Positions 37,244 through 49,091 of a DNA stretch of 64,000 nucleotides are shown here, one piece after another. The stretch comes from Octopus sinensis (lineage: Eukaryota). The position numbers were made by a program, and so were the translations under genes. Within the stretch, counting starts at the first letter, position 1; each line of letters starts with the position of its first letter. The notes below the pieces were generated by a model. That model saw nothing but the letters and a program-made list of their open reading frames with translations, had not been told where the DNA came from and made no database searches. The stretch is from NCBI RefSeq assembly GCF_006345805.1, contig NC_043017.1:32550001-32614000 (forward strand). Reading direction: 5' to 3'.

Positions 37244-38682
37244 TTTATGACATCATAGACTGTAGTAATAAGGAAAGATTGCAGATTATAAGAAAGAATT
37301 TATGACCTGAAAGGGAAGAAATAACATCAAATAAAGACTTTAAAAAATGATCTTACGACATCACTCTGTGTTTTGTAATATCACATAATAGAAGGTGACA
37401 GTGACTTTATGACCGCCTACTTTAATACTAACATCAAATCACAAATTGTATTGGTGACATTAAGATGATCACTGTGGTTGTAATCATAAAGTCAAAAGAC
37501 TGACCCCAACTGTGACCTTTTGACATCACCTGTTGTGGTAATAACGTTAAATAAGAAACTCCACCAGTGACCTTATGACATTGCACCATAATGATAATTT
37601 TGAATAACAGAGACACAAGAGCAAAGCAGACATTTTGTTTAAAATACATCTAGAAAATCAATCATTACAGCCGTGCTACGACGACAGAGCGATTCCTTGT
37701 ATTGATAGAAGGACATAAATACACAAAGAAGTAGTACAGAAGATTGCAATATAAATATTATGTAAGGGAAAAAAAACAGCAAAAAGGAACAAAAGAAAAC
37801 TCCAAGTCACTCAGTCTGCTAGAAATAGTAGTTAAATCATCTTCAAATTCCAGGTAAATGCCTTCAAAATATGTCAACGTAATGGATAAACTAGTCTTGA
37901 AAATAATATACTGGAAATAGGTGCAGGTATGGCTGTGTGGTGAGAAGCTTGCATTCCAACCACATAGTTCCAGGTTCAGTCTCACTGCATGGCAGTGCTC
38001 CAGCATGGCCACAGTCAAATAACTGAAACGAGAATAAAAGAACATAGAGATATGAATGCATGTCTTTGTGTCTGTGTTTGGCTGCCAACCACTGCTTGAC
38101 AACCGGTATTGGTTTATTTACATCCCAGTAGCATAACATTTCAGCAAAAGTGACCAACAAAAGTACCAGACTTTAAAAAAGAAGTACTTGGGTCGATTTA
38201 TTGAAGTAGAAATTCTTCAAAGCAGAGCCCCAGCATGACCGCAGTAAGTGACTGAAGCAAGTTAAAGATAAAAGATAAAAGATAAAATGAAGATGGTTAA
38301 TGCTTGGAATACTGGTGTAATAAAACAAATGTAATCTTAGACTTAGAACCCAGAATACATTTTGGTCTGAAATTTATTTTATTGATTTATTGATTTATAT
38401 TTTATTGAATTACCGAGTTATGTTCTTTGACACCAGACCAGCTTTTGCGCAAATAAATATAATCATAGGCAGACACATGGTCAGCTACACTCACATGCGA
38501 ATGCATAGATGCATACATGAAATCTATGAACTCTAGCAGGTTCCTTTCGAAAAGCATTAGTCATCACAGGGCTACAAAAAGGAGATAACCGAAGGGGTCA
38601 GGCAGCGGAATCAAACCTGGAATCATATGATTACATAAACAAAATTCAATTACTACATGGCTATACATGTACCCTGATATAT

Positions 38683-38892
38683 ATGATGATGATGACGATG
38701 ACGATGATGATGATGATTATGATAACAAAGTTAACAATGATGATGTAAGTATAATGATGACAATGGCAACAACGATGATGATGAGGAGGAGGATAATGAT
38801 GAGGATAATGCCGATGGTGATGATGATGATTATGATGATTATGATGATGAGGGTAATGATGATGATGATTATAACAATGACAATGACATGAA

Positions 38893-38923
<31 letters not shown>

Positions 38924-39110
38924 ATGATGATGATGATTATGATGATGAGGATGATGGTGATGATTATAATGATGATGACAATGACCATGACAATGATGAT
39001 GGTGATGATGATGATTATGATGATGAGGATAATGATGATGACAATGACCATGACGATGATGATGATGGTGCTGCTGATGATGTTAACGATGATGACAAAG
39101 AGGAGGAGTG
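38683..39110. repeat. Degenerate (GAT)n microsatellite
   Basis: ~430 bp of gat/gac/aat triplets. Confidence 0.95.
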
Positions 39111-39691
39111 ATGCCAAAAGCTATTCCCTCTACTAACCAGTCTTTTCACATCTGTTTGTTTGTCCACTTTTTACTTCCATCTTTATATCTTGTCATGCAG
39201 GTATGGGTTAGATGACTACATTACTGAAGCATTTGTTTTGCAGCTAGACGCCCTCTCCTGTTGCTAACCCTCATCTGTTTTCCAAGTAAGATGTCTTATA
39301 TCTCATTTCTTTGGAGGTACAAAACCAATGGATGACTTCTTGGCAGAAGCGACCACAACAGCAACAACAACACTTCTCACAAGAAACTTTCATAGACTGC
39401 AAATGTCAAAACACACACACATGCCCATATATGATGAGCTACTTCCAGTTTCCTTACACCAAATTCACTTTGGTTGGTCCAGGATTGTAGTAGAAGTGTT
39501 TTGCTCAAGGTGAGCTTACAGAGTGGAATTTAATCTGAACCCATGTTGGTGAGAAGCAAACCTCCTCCACCCCACAGCTTGTTTTGCAGTTTGTTTCTAT
39601 ATATATCGTTTGCATATCGTTTGCATATCATTTATGTGTGCACATTAACCCTTTCGCATTCAGATTAACTTATCAAATATATTGCTTATTT

Positions 39692-39986
39692 TGTGAGGTA
39701 TATTTGCCATCTCAATATGGCTAACCACTAAGGGTGGGTGTTACTGTAGCTTGTAGCCCCAGGAGAGCATCTCCTCCAGCTTGCTTTAGGCACACTTTCT
39801 GTGCCCTTAAGGTATTTGCAAAGGGAGGTCATCCTTCCCTCGTCAACCTAAGTGATACGCAAATACCTTAAGGGCACAGAAAGTGTGTCTAAAGCTAGCT
39901 GGAGCAGATGTTCTCCTGGGGCTACAAGCTACAGTAACACCCACCCTTAGTGGTTAGCCATATTGAGATGGCAAATATACCTCACA
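39692..39986. mobile_element. Foldback element with 128-bp arms and 39-bp spacer
   Basis: 39692-39819 is the near-perfect reverse complement of 39859-39986. Confidence 0.92.
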
Positions 39987-40357
39987 TTGTCGTGCAGTTA
40001 CTGTTTATACCTCGTTCAGAGATTTATTAATGCTTATTTCATCTTTTATCTTTTACTTGTTTCAGCCATTAGACTGTGGCCATGCTGCATCACAACCTAG
40101 GGAAAATACTACAAAACATAAAAATGTTCCTGAGCTGAGAATTGAACACAGGGTGCCTAGGTGAAAGCCAGAAACCCTAACCATTACCCCACATGGAGTT
40201 TATCCAAATTTTTTAAGATCAATCATGTATTATCTTGTAGATTCAAAATGATGATGAAGATGTGATTGCTTATTTTTAGAATAACAGTGTAGGGTGGGTG
40301 TGAGAGGCTGGATCTGGCCTGTTTGAACATAAAGCAGATAGAATATTTGGGCAGAGT

Positions 40358-40743
40358 GGATGGGAGCACTCCGTCGGTTATGACGACGAGGGTTCCGGTT
40401 GATCCGATCAATGGAACAGCCTGCTTGTGAAATTAACGTGTAAGTGGCTGAGCATTCCACAGACACGTGTACCCTTAACGTAGTTCTCGGGGATATTCAG
40501 CATGACACAGAGAGTGACAAGGCCGGCCCTTTGAAATACAGGTACAACAGAAACAGGAAGTAAGAGTGAGAGAAAGTTGTGGTGAAAGAGTACAGCAGGG
40601 ATCACCACCACCCCCTGCCGGAGCATCGTGGAGCTTTTAGGTGTTTTCGCTCAATAAACACTCACAACGCCCGGTCTGGGAATCGAAACCGCGATCCTAC
40701 AACCGCGAGTCCGCTGTCCTAAGCACTGGGCCATTGCGCCTCC
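40358..40743 (-). mobile_element. SINE family C, full length, 11-bp TSD
   Basis: ttgggcagagt at 40347-40357 and 40744-40754; tRNA-like A and B boxes. Confidence 0.93.
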
Positions 40744-40992
40744 TTGGGCAGAGTATGGCTAGTTTAAATGCGAAAGGGTTAAAGTAGTGATGGTGGGGTG
40801 GAGTAGTGTTGAGGTATATTGTCAATGTTTGTCTTTATAAAAAAAAATATTAGAACAGAAGACAATGTATTAGGAAATTTAATTGACATTGTATACATTA
40901 TGCTATTTCCCCTGTCTCTCTTCACTTATTCTACACATATAAGCACATATAATTATTATATACATATATTTACACACACATATATATATATA

Positions 40993-41575
40993 CTAAGTAA
41001 TTAAGGGTTTAGCAACGATTTGCCTCACCACACACCAAATTTAGAAATAGCAGTCAAAGAGTTTTGGCTATTCTTTCTACTTAAAAGGGAGATCCCAGTA
41101 AAACCACAGCACTTAAAAGGCAAACAACACAGGCAAAGGAGAAAGAAATGACGACAATCATTCTATATTAAGTCACCTACGGACGTACGTTTCGGAATTA
41201 AGTCATAGGAAAGCATAAAAATTAAATAATTATGTCTTACCCAACTATTTTCCTCTTCAGCGTAGGACTCTTCAATTATAAATAATTGCGTCTCAATTAT
41301 TAATAATTGTGTATTAAATTTGAAGGCACTAGAAGACATCACCTCAACTCATGGTATCAGAGCGAGCGTAAGCCATTACCAGTACCACCAAATTCAAAGG
41401 GTGAATGAAAGTATGTCACCATCCCCCTTCCGCCAGCATGCTGCCAAAATAAGATGCTGCGGTTTTTTACTGGGATGAAATATAATTAACAATAATAACA
41501 TAGGGTGAAATTAATTAATTTGGAATAAATTCCAAATTAATTAATTTCACCCTATATTATTATTGATAATTATAT
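40993..41575. mobile_element. Penelope-type terminal-repeat element between (TA)n tracts
   Basis: Contains the hammerhead at 41176-41266, an inverted pair cccagtaaaaccacagca / tgctgcggttttttactggg and a terminal hairpin; shares sequence with 59020-59215. Confidence 0.65.
41176..41266 (-). ncRNA. Type I hammerhead ribozyme motif with canonical core
   Basis: cctacg CTGAAGA ggaa...ttcc GAAA c-gtac-g TC cgtagg: 6-bp stem I, G10.1-C11.1, GUC triplet, palindromic loop III. Confidence 0.85.
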
Positions 41576-41584
41576 ATATATATA

Positions 41585-41752
41585 CTTTATTTAAAAGCGG
41601 CAGAAAATTCAACAAAACCTGTTACTCTGAGTTTCACGTTCCCGTTCGTCGGACAGTTTTTGCTAGAATTCTGCTGCTTTTAAATATTTGAGTACTGGTA
41701 TTTGAATACTCTTTTTTCCACCTTGTTTCACATATATGTGTTTACTCCGGTA
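41585..41752. mobile_element. Penelope-type terminal fragment, rearranged relative to 55125-55280
   Basis: Same hammerhead region (core CCGACGA here); second half is the reverse complement of the start of the 55.1-kb copy. Confidence 0.65.
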
Positions 41753-42060
41753 TATATATATATATATATATATATATAGGCATAGCTGTGTGGTACCTTG
41801 GGCAAGTGTTTTTTACTATAGTCTAGAGCCAACCAAAGCTTTGTGAGTGGATTTGGTAGATGGAAACTGAAAGAAGCCCATCAAGGGCATCAGAGTCAAA
41901 CTTCCTTATTCACCAAATGGGCCATCAGCTGGGACAAAGTCATATAGAAGAGAGGGGGGATGTGAAACACTCCAGACTGAGGAAATCAAAATGACTGTGG
42001 TGGTGCTCCAGCATGACCACAACTGCATGGCTGAAGTGAGTAAAAGAACTGATATATATA

Positions 42061-42094
<34 letters not shown>

Positions 42095-42310
42095 GTGTCT
42101 GTGTTTGTTCCCCAATCACCACTTGGCAACCTGTGCTGGTGTGTATATATCCCCGTAATTTAGTGGTTCAGCAAAAGCAACCAACAAAATAAGTATCAGG
42201 CTTATAAAAAAAAAGAACCGGGGTTGATTCGTTCAACTAAAAATTCTTTAAGGAAGTGCCCCAGCATGGCCACTGTCAAATGACTGAAACAAAGTAAAAG
42301 ATAAAAGATA

Positions 42311-42685
42311 TCTCTTTTACTTGTTTCAGTCATTTGACCTTGGCCATGCTGGAGCACCGCCTTTTAGTCGAGCAAATCGACCTCAGGACTTATTCTTTGT
42401 AAGCCTAGTACTTATTCTATCGGTCCCTTTTGCCGAACTGCTAAGTTACAGGGACGTAAACACTCCAGCATCAGTTGTCAAGCGATGTTAGGTGGACAAA
42501 CACAGATACACAAACATATGCACACACACACATATAAACGATGGGCTTCTTTCAGTTTCCCTCTACCAAATCCACTCACAAGGCTTTGGTTGGCCCAAAG
42601 CTATAGTAGAAGACACTTTCCCAAGGTGCCATGCAGTGGGACTGAACCCGGAACCATGTGGCTCATAAGCAAGCTTCTTACCACT
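42311..42685 (-). mobile_element. SINE family A
   Basis: Reverse copy placed tail-to-tail with another family A tail ending at ~42308. Confidence 0.88.
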
Positions 42686-43144
42686 ACATATTCTAGAAAC
42701 TTCCAAAGAACATGCCGGCGCATGCAATGTTCCAAATGAAAAAGTAAATGAAGGCGTCACTTTTGACATCTTTGAGGATTTCCCTTCTCTTCCCTCCACC
42801 ATTGCTCCATTGTTTTATATATATAAAAAAAAGAACACTAAATGGTATTCAAACGATTTGGACTTACAAAGACATAGGCTGAGTTTACCTAATATTTATA
42901 AGTTTCCACAACTGCTTGCATATCCTTGCCTTTTTGCGAACTACATCTGCCAACATTATGAAGTAATTCTGGACCCCCAGAAACAGCTGTTGGGCCTGTA
43001 ATGCCATACCTTTTCCTCTTAATTTTCTGTGTCTTTGTACCCTGTGTAAGTCTACTCTGTTAATATATAAACATCTGTATATCTATACAGCAATGTTCGT
43101 CTAAATGTTTTCTGTCTTTGTTTTCTTTCTGTTTACATGTGTAT

Positions 43145-43558
43145 ACTCTTTACTCTATTTTACTCTTTTACTTGCTTCAGTCATTTGACTGTGGCCATGC
43201 TGGAGCACTGCCTTTAGTCGAGCAAATAGCGCCCAGGACTTATTCTTTGTAAGCCTAGTACTTATTCTATCGGTCTCTTTTGCCAAACTGCTAAGTTACG
43301 GTGACGTAAACACACCAGCATCGGTTGTCAAGCGATGTTGGGGGCACAAACACAGACACACAAACATATAAAACACATATATATACATATATACAACAGG
43401 CTTCTTTCAGTTTCCGTCTACCAAATCCACTCACAAGGCTTTGGTCGACTTGAGGCAATAGTAGAAGACACTTGCCCAAGGTGCCACACAGTGGGACTGA
43501 ACCTGGAACCATGTGGTTGGCAAACAAGTTACTTAGCACACAGCCACTCGTATGCCTA
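43145..43558 (-). mobile_element. SINE family A
   Basis: Full-length reverse copy. Confidence 0.92.
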
Positions 43559-43575
43559 CGTATATGTATGTATAT

Positions 43576-43794
43576 CAGTGCTTTTCAAACTTTTTGCTGG
43601 AGCAGAACCCCAAGGAAACATTCCACTGGCTCGGGGAACCCCTGTGCAATAATTTAATAGTCTTATGCACACATATCTGCACAGGAGACTTAAAAATTAC
43701 TGCCGATTTTAGCAGTTTTGTAACTTCTTGCGGAACCCCTGAACTGTACTGGTGGAACCCTAAGGTTTCGCGGAACCCTGGTTGAAAACCACTG
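43576..43794. mobile_element. hAT (Charlie-type) MITE
   Basis: TIRs cagtgcttttcaa / ttgaaaaccactg; 8-bp TSD atgtatat / atgtatac. Confidence 0.88.
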
Positions 43795-44132
43795 ATGTAT
43801 ACCTTATATATCTAACCCAAACAGTTTTATTAGTTTATTTGCATCATTATCTCTTTCTCTCTCTCTCTCCATACACACGCACACACACACACACACACAC
43901 ACATACATGTTATTTTTATTCTTGTTTTTAAGAAGACGTTGTTTACTCTCAGGTGAGGGAATATATGGTTTCGACCTAATTGCCTCTCATCAGCCTGAGA
44001 AGTTATCTTTACTTTCGATTGCCTCTCTTCTCTGTCTGAAATGCAATCACATCCTCTCCTCAAAATATTCAAAGACATCCAGCCATAGAAACCATGCCAA
44101 AACAAACGGCAGGACTCGGTGCAGTCCTTTAA

Positions 44133-44353
44133 CCCTTTAGTGTTCACATTATTCTGCCAAAATTAATGCTTCTTCATCCACATTGTTTTGAATTAATCAG
44201 GCATTATCTTGTAGTTATGAGATTTTGATGAGGTAGCTATTAATTTATAGGATGATATTGTAGGGTTGGTGTGAGAGACCAGATCTGGCCAGTTTGAACA
44301 TAAAACAGGCAGAATACTTTTGGCCGGATATGGCCGGTTTAAATGCTAAAGGG
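44133..44353. mobile_element. TTAA-type (piggyBac-like) MITE, uninterrupted, inserted in a SINE D remnant
   Basis: TTAA-ccctttag ... ctaaaggg-TTAA. Confidence 0.88.
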
Positions 44354-44645
44354 TTAATTTGCCAGCACCTGTCAAACTGTCCAATCCAGGCTAGCATGGA
44401 AAACGAATACTAATTGATGATGATGGTGATGATGATGACAACAATATTGTTCAAGAAGATTATCACTCTATATATATAACTCATGCAAAATGTAACATAA
44501 TTAGTTATAATCTGAAGCTGTAGAGAATATCTTGACAAAAACATTTATGGTTCAGGTGCAGTTTTAATTCATAGTACAAGTGCAATTTGGTCATTGTGGA
44601 ACATCGCCTACTTCACAAAAGCACTTTTAGGAAACTGTTGCCACA

Positions 44646-45058
44646 TAGGCGCAGGAGTGGCTGTGTGGTAAGTAGCTTGTTTACCAACCACATGGTTCCG
44701 GGTTCAGTCCCACTGCGTGGCACCTTGGGCAAGTGTCTTGTACTATAGCCTCGGGCCGACCAAAGCCTTGTGAGTGGATTTGGTAGACGGAAACTGAAAA
44801 GAAGCCCGTCGTATATATGTACATATATATATATGCGTGCGTGTGTTTGTGTGTCTGTGTTTGTCCCCCTAGCATTGCTTGACAACCAATGCTGGTGTGT
44901 TTATGTCCCCGTCACTTAGCGGTTTGGCAAAAGAGACCAATAGAATAAGTACTGGGCTTACAAAAGAATAAGTCCCGGGGTCGATTTGCTCGATTAAAAG
45001 GCGGTGCTCCAGCATGGCCGCTGTCAAATGACTGAAACAAGTAAAAGAGTAAAAGAGT
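44646..45058 (+). mobile_element. SINE family A
   Basis: Full-length copy. Confidence 0.95.
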
Positions 45059-45329
45059 CTATGCTCACAGTAATAAATTAGCTGAAGAACTAAGGGATGT
45101 AATTCTGCCTGCACTGAAAAGCGTTGACAGTAACTTCAAATTTTTGACCCGCTTGTCTTATACTAGTTAGCTAGTCAAGGCTTTCAAGTCACTGGCACTC
45201 CATTTCTTGTGTAAATATATATGTATTTCAGCGGTGGTGCCCCAGCATGGCCGCGGCCTTCGGGCTAAAACATTTTTAAGGATTTTAAGGATTTATATAT
45301 ATACATACAAATATATTTGTATATATTTG

Positions 45330-45359
<30 letters not shown>

Positions 45360-45394
<35 letters not shown>

Positions 45395-45565
45395 TTAGTG
45401 TCCGTTTTCCATGCTAGCATGGGTTGGACGGTTCAACTGGGGTCTGTGAAGCCAGAAGGCTGCATCAGGCCCAGTCTGATCTGGCAGTGTTTCTACGGCT
45501 AGATGCCCTTCCTAACGCCAACCACTCCGTGAGTGTAGTGGGTGCTTTTTACATGCCACCCGCAC
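45360..45565 (-). mobile_element. SINE family D
   Basis: (atc)n tail and gatgcccttcctaacgccaaccactccg. Confidence 0.88.
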
Positions 45566-45623
45566 AGTCATATATATATGTATATACAAATATATTTGTG
45601 TGTATATATATATATATGTATAT

Positions 45624-45692
<69 letters not shown>

Positions 45693-45708
45693 TATATACA
45701 AATATATT

Positions 45709-45770
<62 letters not shown>

Positions 45771-46088
45771 CAAATATATTTGTGTGTATAAATATATATA
45801 TATATATATATAGACACAGGCTTGGCTGTGTGGTAAGAAGTTTGTTTTCCAACCATATGGTTCTGGGTTCAATCCCACTGTGTGGCACCTTAGGCTAGTG
45901 TCTTCTATTATAGCCTCAGGCCGACCAAACCCTTGTGAATGGATTTGGTAGACGGAAACTGAAAGATCTTATTGTTTGTGTGTATGCGTGTGTGTGTGAT
46001 ATTTGTGTCTGTGTTTGTCCTCCACAACTGGTTTGTTTGTTTACATCCCCGTAACTTAGCAGTTCAGCAAAAGAAAATGATAAAATAA

Positions 46089-46393
46089 GTTAGTTAGTTA
46101 GTTAGTTAGTTAATTTGGCTCAAAAGCAAATAGCAAGGCCATGTAGGGGGACATGGAGTTAAGTACAGGGTGGTGTTCATGTAAAGAGTTCAGGCCACTT
46201 GAGGTCCAGGAAGGCTTTAACGAAGCGGTCGTCGGCATCTTTACCATCTCGTCTGGCAGCTTGTTCCACGGATCCGCAACCCGGACGGAGAAAGCGCCTC
46301 TCCTTCGATTGAGATGAAATCGTCACAGGTAGAGCTTTTCGGAATGACCCCGCAGCCGACGCTCTGGAGCAGGAGTGAAGAACAGCTCTTTCG
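46089..46393 (-). mobile_element. CR1-like LINE 3' end with (TAAC)n tail
   Basis: RRLRGHSEKLYL*RFHLNRRRGAFSVRVADPWNKLPDEMV. Confidence 0.9.
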
Positions 46394-46914
46394 AGAGGTT
46401 ACACTTTCCGCTTATGATGTGGAAGTACCAGGCTATAAAAAAAGGGCCAGGGTCATTTCATTTGACAAAAAAAATTCTTCATGGCATTGCCCCATTATGG
46501 TCGTAGTCAAATCAGTGAAACAAGTAAAAGAAAAAAAGATGCCCCTTACAAAGTGTATTGAGTACTTCAGTTTAACTCTTTAGCATTCACACATCTTTGC
46601 CAAATGTATTGCCTATTTCTTCCCATTGTTTTGATTTAATCACAGGTCTTGTGGTGTGTTTGTATATTTTTAGAACGACATTGTAGGGTAGGTGTGAAAG
46701 GTTGTACCTGGTTAGTTTTAATGCAAAACAGATGCTAACAGGAGCTGATGTAAAAAAAGTATCTATCTGTCTATCTACCTTTTACAGTATAACACTCTGA
46801 CTCTTGACATAAACATTAACTTTCATAATATATGATATTAAACACAACAACAGGTGCTTGTGTTAACTTCAGAGTGAAACAAAAATTAAGTCACAAAAAT
46901 GTAAACCATCCTCT

Positions 46915-47242
46915 CTCTTTTACTCTTTTACTTGTTTCAGTCATTTGACTGCGGCCATGCTGGAGCACCGCCTTTAGTCGAGCAAATCGATCCCGGGACT
47001 TATTTTTTTGTAATCCCAGTACTTATTCTATCGGTCTCTTTTGCCGAACCGCTAAGTAACGGGGACATAAACACACCAGCATCGGTTGTCAAGCAATGCT
47101 AGGGGGACAAACACAGACATACAAACACACACACACGTATATACATATATATACATATATACGACGGGCTTCTTTTTCAGTTTCCGTCTACCAAATCCAC
47201 TCACAAGGCTTTGGTCGGCCCAGGGCTATAGCAGGAGACACT
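46915..47242 (-). mobile_element. SINE family A, 5'-truncated
   Basis: Tail through to ctatagcagga. Confidence 0.9.
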
Positions 47243-47414
47243 TGATTTGTCTTTCTCCTTCTCTCTCTGTCTATTTCTCTTTTTCTTTCTGTATGTGTGT
47301 GTGTGGGCCGTGTGGGGGGAGGGTCACATGGCTTAGCGTGTAAGGTTTTACCCTTTATGATTGTCAGACTGGTTTCAATTCCTGGACCAGACAAGGCATT
47401 GTGTTTTTTAGGCT

Positions 47415-48095
47415 CAGTGGTTCCCAAAGTGAGTAATACTTCCCCCTTGGGGTGGAATGATCCAATGGGGCGTCGAAGAAAATGGGGTGGTAATGGGGTA
47501 GCCAAAATGGGGTGATAGATGTAAAAAATATATATATTAATAGGCGTAAGAGTGGCTGTGTGGTAAGTAGCTTGCTTACCAACCACATGTTTCCAGCTTC
47601 AGTCCCATTGCGTGGCACCTTGGGCAAGTGTCTTCTACTATAGCCTCGGGCTGACCAAAGCCTTGTGTGTGGATTTGGTAGACGGAAACTGAAAGAAGCC
47701 CGTCTTATATATCTATATATATATATATATATATGTGGGTGTGTGCTTGTCCCCCCAACATCGCTTGACAACTGATGCTGGTATGTTAACATCCTCGTAA
47801 CTTAGCGATTCGGCAAAAGAGACTGATAGAGTAAGTACTAGGCTTAAAAAGAATAAGTCCTTGGGTCAATTTGCTTCACTAAAGGCAGTGCTCCAGCATG
47901 GCCACAGTCAAATGACTGAAACAAGAAAAAGAGTAAAAATAGGTTAATTAGGTTTCAGTTTTATTTGTGAAATACAGTTATTTTGAATTTGCCACAGAAA
48001 GTGGTCCATATTTGTAGTGGGGAGGGTGAGGGGGTACTAGCAATATTGCCTGGGTGCCAAGGGGACGGCAGCCTATAAAAGTTTGGGAACCACTG
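47415..48095. mobile_element. hAT-type MITE with SINE A (47541-47939) inserted
   Basis: TIRs cagtggttcccaaa / tttgggaaccactg. Confidence 0.82.
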
Positions 48096-49091
48096 GTTTA
48101 GCAAACTGTTCATTCCACATTATTCCAGTTCATTTAGCTGGCAAAACTAAAAAATCCTGTGACAGATCAGTGCGTGTATGTGTTTAATTTTGTTACTTCT
48201 ATTATATGTACTTTTCTAGATGGTGTAATTTAATTGTTCATTTTGAATTGATAAAAGGTGCTTTTTTCTAATTTATATATATATCATATTTTGTAAAATT
48301 TGATTTAGTATTACTAAATTGAATTTTTCCCTGTAAGTTAGGAATAATATTCCCTTAAATAATTATTATATATATATTATATCATCATGCACGGGTATGT
48401 GGGTATTTTGAAGATGCCTGCATAGTTAGAGTTAGTCGTTTGGCAAGGCATAGCACCCATTCAGCCAACCTGTGAAGGATATGGCCAAACTACGGGACTG
48501 TAACATGGTGGATTGTGAAGCAGTAGCAGCAGAGCGCAACTGAGCCAATGGTGCTTCTTACAGTGATGCTGAGTAGAGGAATCCTAGAAGATCAACAGTC
48601 AGGATTGCCAAGCACTCTCAAGAGAGCAAATGCAATGCATCCATAGGGACAGCATCCATGGTTGTGTCATCAGCTAACTAAAGATTCACTGTGACTCAAA
48701 CTTCCAATTTAAATTCTTGATAATAGAATTGGATGGTGACAGAGAGTCATAGGAATCGGTGAAAGGTGTGTGACTGAAGAAGACTATTGCAGTTATATGT
48801 ACTTATACATGTATAGCATCAGAGTAAACTAATGAGAAAAGATATTTCAGCTGTGACAGTCTAATGATTTGCATATCGAAACCCATATTATTCGATATAG
48901 TCTTTATAGGTGTAGGAGTGGCTGTGAGGTAGGTAGCTTGCTTACGAACCACATGGTTCTGGTTTCAGTCCCACTGCATGGCACCTTGGGTAAGTGTCTT
49001 CTACTATAATTTCGGGCCGACCAAAGCCTTGTGAGTGGATTTGGTAGACGGAAACTGTAAGAAGCCCGTCGTATATATGTATATATATATA

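Larger units (their letters stand above)
39651..40777. mobile_element. TTAA-type MITE expanded by nested insertions
   Basis: ttaa-ccctttcgcatt ... aatgcgaaaggg-ttaa; the interior resumes the 44133-44353 sequence around the inserts. Confidence 0.75.

Noticed and set aside
38667-39136. Met/Asp/Ile-rich ORFs
   Set aside because: Degenerate (GAT)n microsatellite
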